Shown one piece after another: positions 56,339 through 64,000 of a DNA stretch of 64,000 nucleotides. Made by a program: the position numbers and the translations under genes. The stretch lies in contig NC_043005.1 in the NCBI RefSeq assembly GCF_006345805.1, forward strand, positions 60,450,001 to 60,514,000, written 5' to 3'. How positions within the stretch are numbered: position 1 is the stretch's first letter; the number at the start of each line of letters is the position of its first letter. The notes under the pieces are model-generated. The model did no database searches. It was not told the origin of the DNA and worked only from the letters and a program-made list of their open reading frames with translations. This DNA is from Octopus sinensis (taxonomy: Eukaryota).

Positions 56339-57594
56339 GTCATAATAATTACGATTTATTTACGTTACATATTACGCACCAATGCAAAGTAGATCCAGTT
56401 AGACTATACATATTACTGACAACTATTTTTTCCTGTTGTTGAATTGTATATCATACTCTCGATAAGGGAAACGAATTTCGTCTTTCAGAAGAAAAATCAG
56501 ATATTTGCCTCATTGTTGCGACTGTTTTCATGTGCAATCAGCATAACAATTGCTGTATTCTGATGAAAAATATTCCTTACTCTGTGATTGTACAAAAAGC
56601 ATCAGATATAACGAATAATTTACAAAACATCCATTCTTGTAACGATGGATGATTTAGCAAATCTGTATTGAAAAGCAATTGGTGCAATAATGTATTTTTT
56701 CACTTTGGCATGTTTCCCGCTTCGGAATCAGAATAATCTATTCACATTCTGAATCACTCTATCGGATATATATATCACATTCAGAATAACGTTTACAGAG
56801 TATGCACCCGACTTCATTCTTAAACGGGTTATGCAGTCAAGAAGGTAAGATGTTGAAGATAATGTGCGTTGCGAGAGATATTTAGATTATATTGCAATGA
56901 GAAACATGATAATAATTCCTTCTTTGCCTGAGTAAACGAAAATTTTTGCTTTGCATAAAAGCCTGAAAAACACTAAATCAAATAAGTGTTTATACAAATG
57001 GTGAAACAACCAAATAACAATATGTAGGGTTTAATAGCCAATATCCTTTTGTAACAATAAAATAAAAAATTTAAAAAATATCTGCACAAATTGTAAATAT
57101 TTCCAGATTGTTTCTCGATAACGACAAATATTCAAATTTATCAGAAAACAATTTATGAATATTGCATACATTTCACAAATTCTCATGTCTTGACAACAAC
57201 ATTGGCTTTCAGTGAACTGTATCGAAATCCTGGAAAAAATGGAAATGCATTTCATTATGCACATTTTCTGTTTCGTGTGGCTGATCACTTATAACGTTAT
57301 TCAAAGAAACAATTGCAACGGCACACATACACGATAGCAAGTCGCTGAATCCTTTCAGTGTTACTGCTGAATTGACAGGCAGGTCGTAAGGAAGATAAAT
57401 TTCTTAAAATTATGTTTACACCATTAAAGACGCAGAATGCAATCACACATAGGGCAAAATTGAAACATAAATCATTCAACATTTTGATCTATCTCATTGT
57501 TATATGCACAGGTAACCCCAGTCGGTTTTAACCATTATTTCGAATCTTACTTAGTGAACTGTGAACTCTCTGCAACTTCACGTGCATTTAGTAC

Positions 57595-57725
57595 AAATTG
57601 GCAGAGTCGTTAGAGCATCGAATATAATGTATAATGGTTTTAATTCCGGTAGTCTACTCTCTGAGTTCAAATCCCGCCGAGGTCACCCCTCGTTTTCATA
57701 GTTTTTATAAGTGAAGCACCAGTCA
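57595..57725 (+). mobile_element. Degraded SINE family B
   Basis: ggcagagtcgttagagc...ctgagttcaaatcccgccgaggtc. Confidence 0.6.
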
Positions 57726-58563
57726 ATAATATTTTAATTAAGAAGGAAATATAGGTAATTATCACCCTGAAGCTACATACGGAATCTTTTATCACATGCC
57801 AAAGTGAACGAACGTGTTACAAGTAGAGACTAAATATATTTTAAATCAAATGCCGCTATTTTACAAAATAAACAGACTTTGTATAATATAGCTATCGTAT
57901 AAAAAATATCGGGATGATCATAAATCAAAGAAACCGTTTGAGCTGATACTAGTCAAAAAATAAATTTAATTAGGCATAATGTAAAATTCTTTGTAAGTGT
58001 GATTAATGGATTAAACAGGAATATTGTATCACTAGATCGTATGCCACTTAACTTGGAGTCATTTCGAATTAAAACATAGAGAGAGAAGTGTATAAATCAT
58101 TCAGATAAAACTAACGTATTAATATCCAAATAACAACTATTTAACTGGGCACTTTTATATTTCTTTTATATATAATTCACTGCGAATATAGTAATAGATT
58201 ACAAAACCAATGCATAAAGAAATTGTTAGATTTAAAAAAAATCAATATGATGGAAATGTATAAAACGATCTGCGCCATAGAGTATTTTTGCAGATATTAA
58301 ATGGGGTTACGCGGTAAATGTGTATTTGTGTTTGATCGCTGAAATATAATAGAGTTACTTAATTGTTAATAGCCTCTGCTGGAAAGCAAGATCTACTGAA
58401 ATGAATATTCAATCCATCATTTATTTACTCACAATACACTATTAGAAACCCGGCTTCACTAACATCAATAGGAGACTAAATTGATCAGTCTGATATATTT
58501 TAAGAGTGATTACTTTTCCTTGGTCCATAATATGTCTATTATTGTCTTGTCTATATTTCAATA

Positions 58564-58993
58564 AAATCTTCACGGTTCATGCTGACTGCAGCATTTGTAT
58601 TCAAACATCTGATTACTGCTTCAGACACACTGAATCTTTAAATCGAAATATGGCTTCAATACAAGAGATATCAACAGATACGTCCAACCGAGTTATCCAA
58701 TGATATTATTTATTGGATAGAAATTATTGATGAATTGAAAGCATCTGGAAATTCTGTTGCGATTACATTCAATCCAGAAATCTTCACGGTTCATGCTGAC
58801 TGCAGCATTTGTATTCAAACATCTGATTACTGCTTCAGACACACACTGAATCTTTAAATAGAATATGGCTTCAATACAAGAGATATCAACAGATACGTCC
58901 AACCGAGTTATCCAATGATATTATTATTGGATAGAAATTATTGATGAATTGAAAGCATCTGGAAATTCTGTTGCGATTACATTCAATCCAGAA
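58564..58993. repeat. Direct tandem duplication, 2 x ~214 bp
   Basis: aaatcttcacggttcatgctgac...ttacattcaatccaga occurs at 58564 and 58778; the differences I could see are small indels and a few substitutions. Confidence 0.93.
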
Positions 58994-59204
58994 AATTAAA
59001 TGTTGGTCAATGAAGTTTATTTAAAGATGCTATCTAAACTTCGCAATATCAGAATGTAAAAGTTTGACATGCTCAGAAGTTCATCAATTTTCTAACCGGT
59101 CCTAATTTACATTTTCAAAACAGCGACTGGATTTAAAGTAATCTTTCTATCTTGTGCCGTTGAAATAAGTTCTGTTCTTAATATTCTTTTCCACTATAGG
59201 CATT

Positions 59205-59835
59205 AGACCAGAAACTTTGAAATAGGTTGCTAATCAATTTCATCGACATCAGTGCTGACCTGATATGTATTTAATCGACCACGATAAGGTTAAAAGCAAA
59301 CTCAATCACCACAAAATTTGAAATCAGTATATAAAGACGTAAGAAATGACGCTAAGCATTTTATCCGGTGCGGTAACGATTACGACAGCTCACCTCCTTA
59401 AATGCCGGTTTCAAATTTTGGCCAAGCCTAGCAAATTGAGAAATGCAGTAAGTTGATTACATCGAGGCCAACGTCCACCGGATCCTTTTTTTTTTATTGA
59501 CTCCGAAAAAATGAAAGCAATGATCTATTATAATTCGACCTCGACGGAATTTGAACTCAGACCCTAAGGACGGACGAAATGCAGCTAAGTATTTTGTCCG
59601 GTGAGGTAATGATTCTGCTAGCTCACCGCCTTAAATACTGTTCTTAACGTTAAAGATGTATTTAAAGCAGCGAACTGGAAGAATATTTAGTGCGTGGGGA
59701 AAATTCCTAGCAGCATTTTGCCCGTCTATACGATCTGAATTCAAATTCCTCCGGGGTTGAGTTGCCTTTCATGCCTTCGGTATCGGTAAATTAATTACAG
59801 GTCCAGTCGATGTAATAGACTTATCCACTCACTCG
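59205..59835. mobile_element. Cluster of three degraded SINE family B copies (two minus, one plus)
   Basis: Recurring gacctcg.cggaatttgaactcag / ctgaattcaaattcctccggggttga motifs. Confidence 0.65.
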
Positions 59836-60849
59836 AAATTGCTGCTCTTGTGTCAAAATTTTAAAAGAATATTAAAGGCGTATATTACTGCTTTCTTTGG
59901 CGGAAATGCTGCCAGACATGATTTCATAGCAGACAAGCTGCAATACTCGTTATGGTTTTGGAACATTACTTTGTAATCTGCCTTGAAACGATGATCAAGG
60001 TTTTTGAGAAACTCTACCATGTTAATGAAAGATAAGTTAATGAAACTGTAATATTGCGTTAAGCTTTGACCATACAAAACGATATTTTATTTCTAAGAAT
60101 ATAGCTGTACATTTACCACTCTTTTCTTGGTTCATGATCCTGATACCTTCCCAACTGAACAGCAGCCAGTTATCATCATTCCGTAAATCAATAAACATCG
60201 CATATCATAAGATATGTATTAACAAAGTATCTGTAAGTTACATCAATTTTATATTTCAGGTGTAACGCTTAACGTATAAGAATACTGACAGTAGAAATGT
60301 GAGTGATGTGTATCTTGTCATAAGCATTGCATTAAGTCATTACCGAGGGCTGTAAATATCACCAATTCAGTCCACCTATGAAACAATTAGCAATTGCATA
60401 AATGGTAAAAGTGACCGATAAAGGTAATATGAATGTGCGTTTAATCGATCATGGTCTTGCCTTAATATCAATTAAGAGAGAAGATAGGTTACACTTCTGT
60501 AAACTGTTTCACAGCATACATATATAAATGCCAGCTCACAATATTGCATGCGCATGTTCTATGTGGGGATGTATTTCATTTCGATGCAGAAACCTTGAAA
60601 TCTGCATTACTTCCTCTATTGCATAGTAATTGATGAACTTAGCTATTCGGAGTAGAAGCCTTTCCAAACCAACAATTGCTTTTCACAGCTGCATGTCGCC
60701 CCCGTGTTTTCATTAAAATGAGATTAGATTTCAACTCGGAACATAGTCCGATACGGTAACAATCAATCACCTACAGTAAAAATTTGAAATGAAGAGAAGT
60801 GGAGCAGTCTCACTCGACAATCGAGCCGACGCTCTACAAATTTGAAGGT

Positions 60850-61075
60850 GGTATGTATGTATGTATGCCGGAGTAAGCACATAAATGTGAAACAAGGTGG
60901 AAAAAAGAGTACTCAAATACCAGAGGTAGAGTAATATGCTTTATTTAAAAGCAGCAGAAATATAACAAAAGCTGTTACTCAGAGTCTCACGTTCCCGTTA
61001 ACAAAACTGTTCGACGAACGGGAACGTGAAACTCTGAGTAACAGATTTTGTTAATTTCTGCTGCAGTTAGATAAA

Positions 61076-61080
<5 letters not shown>
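60850..61080. mobile_element. HHR-bearing repeat with a divergent inverted duplication between (ATGT)n and (TA)n
   Basis: 60933-60999 is the imperfect reverse complement of 61016-61080. Confidence 0.75.
61000..61052 (+). ncRNA. Variant type I hammerhead (core TCGACGA)
   Basis: aacaaaactgt-TCGACGA-ACG(ggaa)CGT-GAAAC-tctga-GTA-acag(a)ttttgtt; near-palindromic ACTCtGAGT stem III. Confidence 0.55.
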
Positions 61081-61124
<44 letters not shown>

Positions 61125-61621
61125 TATGCTATGTACGTCTGTTTGTGTGCACTGTAGGTTAGTGTATGGTTAGAATTTACTTTAAAATAACTCTATCTCC
61201 TCAACTGCCCCTCCATATAATTTGTGCGAAGCCAATGCCTAGAACAAATTTTAAATAAGAAAAAAGAAATGTTATGACATGGCCAAATGTATTATAAAAA
61301 GAAACAAATATAAAATAAATGCTAATATGCTATTAGAGAATCAATTGAACTAACCGAAATCTGCTTTAGCAAAGGGAAAAAAAAAGAAATGTTTAAACTA
61401 CCGCAGCCACCTATTTCTTTTGGAAAAAAATCTACAATAGTTAGTATAGCCGTCATTGGTGTAAGCATTTCATTATAACTTTCTGCATCTATATGAATGC
61501 CTACATATTCACATTTATACAGCTCCACACATAAGCGTATTAAATACACTATACTTTATAAGTACCATTAGTTTTAAAGAATGTATATGTGTGTGAATGT
61601 GTACATATATTGAAATACGTT

Positions 61622-61658
<37 letters not shown>

Positions 61659-62227
61659 GTATTATATCTATGCATCTGGGACCGCTGCTATGTATATCCT
61701 TATGTATTTTGTTACTGTTATTAACTATGATATTCCCATCTACTTTCTTAAAAGCTTTTATTGATTCTTGATAGGGAAAATATATTAGATAGGGAGAAAA
61801 ATATAATCAATATAAAGTGTATAAACCATAAAAGTATATCATAGCTAGTCATGATGCCGTGGTGGTAATGATGATCTGTTATGGGTTAATAATAAATCAA
61901 TAATATTGATATAAGTTAAGTGATAGGAATATTTGCAGCTCATAATTTCCAAGTCGATCGTTATACCAGCAAATCTCGTCGCAAAGTAGGAAATAATTAA
62001 CTGGCACTTTAGTTATTGATTTCAAAGCGATAAAAGATATGGTTGACCCCCAGGTGAAAATTGAACTCCAAACGCAGATAGACGGGATAAATAGCAACAA
62101 GCATCGTAACCGATGTTCTAGTAACTCTGCCAAATCAGCCACTTAGATACTTCTAGCTAACAGCGATTATCGTGTTCGAATTTAATCAAGTTACGGAAAG
62201 TTTACACTTAACCAAGGCCGTGTAAGC

Positions 62228-62566
62228 TTTTGTTTTCCTCTCTAGTTTCAGCTCAGAGCTGCAGCCACGCTGATGCACCGCCGTTTTGCTACACAATTGT
62301 TACTGAGAGCCAACTCTAATATGTGGCACTTGGTGAAGAATGTAGTTTGATGTAGCTACCCTCATTTGCACCTCTTGCCGCGAGGTAGGTTCATTTGGAA
62401 CTCTCGACAGGAAGAGGTCCAGCTTTGATCTAAAAGCCCCTACATCTACTTTGTGCAGGTTCCTCAGGCTCTTTGGGAGAATATTAAAAAGCTGTGGGCC
62501 CCTGAAACCCAGGCTGTTGCAATAACTGGTCCTGAAGCGCGATGGGGTTGCTGGGTTCTTTGGCAT
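62228..62566 (-). mobile_element. 3' end (ORF2 C-terminus and 3' UTR) of a CR1-group LINE related to 43243-46790
   Basis: SLGFRGPQLFNILPK is shared with the 43 kb copy and continues to a stop and 3' tail. Confidence 0.87.
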
Positions 62567-62619
62567 TATAATTTAATTATGTTCGTGTTAAGCTTATGCA
62601 TGTAGCAATGAAATACTTT

Positions 62620-64000
62620 ATATTTGCTAAGTTTTTGGTAGGTCTTGACAGATACGTTTATATCGATTGGGACAGTCATATCAATGAGGAGGCATGTTCT
62701 TTGTCTGAAGACTTTCAATATGATGTCTGGCCTATTTGCATCTATCCTTCTGTCAATTCGAATGGTGAAGTTCCAGAGGAGTGAGATGTGGTTATTTTCA
62801 AGCACTGGAGGTGGATTGTGTTCCCACCAGTTTTTTTTCATGGGGCAAATTCATGTTTTTGCAAATTACCCAGTGAATATATTGTGCAGCTCTATCATGC
62901 CTGTTGAGGTACTCTGTAGGCGCTAGAAGACTGCATTTGGAGACAACATGATCAATGGTTTCATTTTGTTGTCGGCATACACGACATGTTGGGCTACTGC
63001 CGTTCTTTAATATGTTGGCCTGGTAGTTTCTCGTTGGTAGGCCTTGATCTTGAGCTGCTATGATAAAGCCCTCTGTTTCAGATTTTAAGCCAGATGCCAT
63101 TAGCCATTGATGGGTCAGGGCTTTGTCAATATCTGCATTATTCGCTCTCTTTGGGTATTTGCCATAGAGATTTTCTTGCCATTTATTATTCAGAATATCT
63201 ATGGCGCAGTTTTGGCACGGGTTTTCATGCGCCTAGCTTTTCTGTGCTTGTTTCTTGTATGTCTATCTCTAATTCCGAAATTGGTTGTATTCGGAATTCA
63301 CTTAGATATTCCTTTGCCTGTTTTGTTACTGAGTATGATGCTTTCTTGTTTTCATGTTTTGAGACAAGTTTTAACATCCAGTCCTCAGACTTATTCAGGT
63401 AGGTGTCTAGGCTACTTGTTGCAATCGTCATTGTTATTGCCAGTTGCAAAAGACCACGGCCTCCCTCTTTTCTTGGCAGATAAAGTCGTTCTGTATCTGC
63501 CTTAGGGTGGTGCATTCTATGCATTGTCAACAGTTTTCTTATTTTTCTGTCGAGCTGACATATTTCAGTAATTGACCAGTTAACAGTATTGAAACTGTAA
63601 GTCACGACTGGTATGGCTAATGCATTGATCGCTTCGATCCTGTTTCTTGCATTCAGCTCTGTCTTGAGTATTGCTTTCACTCTTCGATAGCATTCTCTCC
63701 TGATCATTTCCATCATCTCTGAATGCCTTAATCCGTTCCCTTCAATTACCCCTAGGTACTTGTAGCTCTCCGCTGGGTCTAGTTCTTTTATGACATTCTG
63801 CTGGTCAAGGTTAACGTTACATGTTTCTGTCATTTTTCCTTTGATAAAGGTAGCTTTTGCACATTTATCGAGGCCGAATTGCATTCTGATGTCGTCACTA
63901 AATTGTTGACTATCGCTAGTACGAGCCTTGAGTTGTTGGTCATTTTTTACAAAGAGCTTAAATCATTCATGTAAATGAGATGATTTATATATTTATCAAA
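62620..64000 (-). mobile_element. R4/Dong-like LINE (RT 3' half, CCHC, RLE), same family as 2351-3240, 3'-truncated, runs off the window
   Basis: INHLIYMND (degraded YMDD), FGLDKCA, YKYLG, RLYLPRKEGGRGL, ETEGFIIAAQDQ, CRVC..H..C, RPDII..LIDMTVP; similarity to copy 1 stops after KLSKYK. Confidence 0.92.

Noticed and set aside
57239-57337. Short ATG ORF MEMHFIMHIFCFVWLITYNVIQ... resembling a signal peptide
   Set aside because: It stops after 32 codons, has no convincing splice donor in frame and no recognisable homology; hydrophobic runs are common in AT-rich DNA
59853-60200. Possible minus-strand exon (LDHRFKADYKVMFQNHNEYCSL...)
   Set aside because: No recognisable domain, ambiguous splice sites, no supporting neighbouring exons

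Overview
AT-rich, microsatellite-dense eukaryotic DNA. The SINE families and repeat landscape resemble an octopus/coleoid genome; this is inferred from recalled repeat families, not from a search. No host protein-coding exon could be supported, and most listed ORFs are translations of simple repeats. The window is a patchwork of retroelement remnants: four R4/Dong-like (RLE endonuclease) LINE fragments, a nearly complete CR1-group LINE (ORF1 with a CCCH finger, ORF2 APE+RT, two point lesions), an RTE 3' fragment, several Penelope-like (RT, GIY-YIG) fragments, mariner relics, MITE-like hairpins and three tRNA-derived SINE families. The most notable signal is a set of non-coding, hammerhead-ribozyme (HHR) carrying, retrozyme-like elements. 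A ~530-545 bp tandem array (51081-52830) has one canonical type I HHR per unit. Two unrelated TSD-flanked inverted elements (10.0-10.65 kb, 29.1-29.8 kb) each reconstruct to a ~360-nt circularly permuted unit with one HHR. Further degenerate HHRs abut (TA)n tracts.
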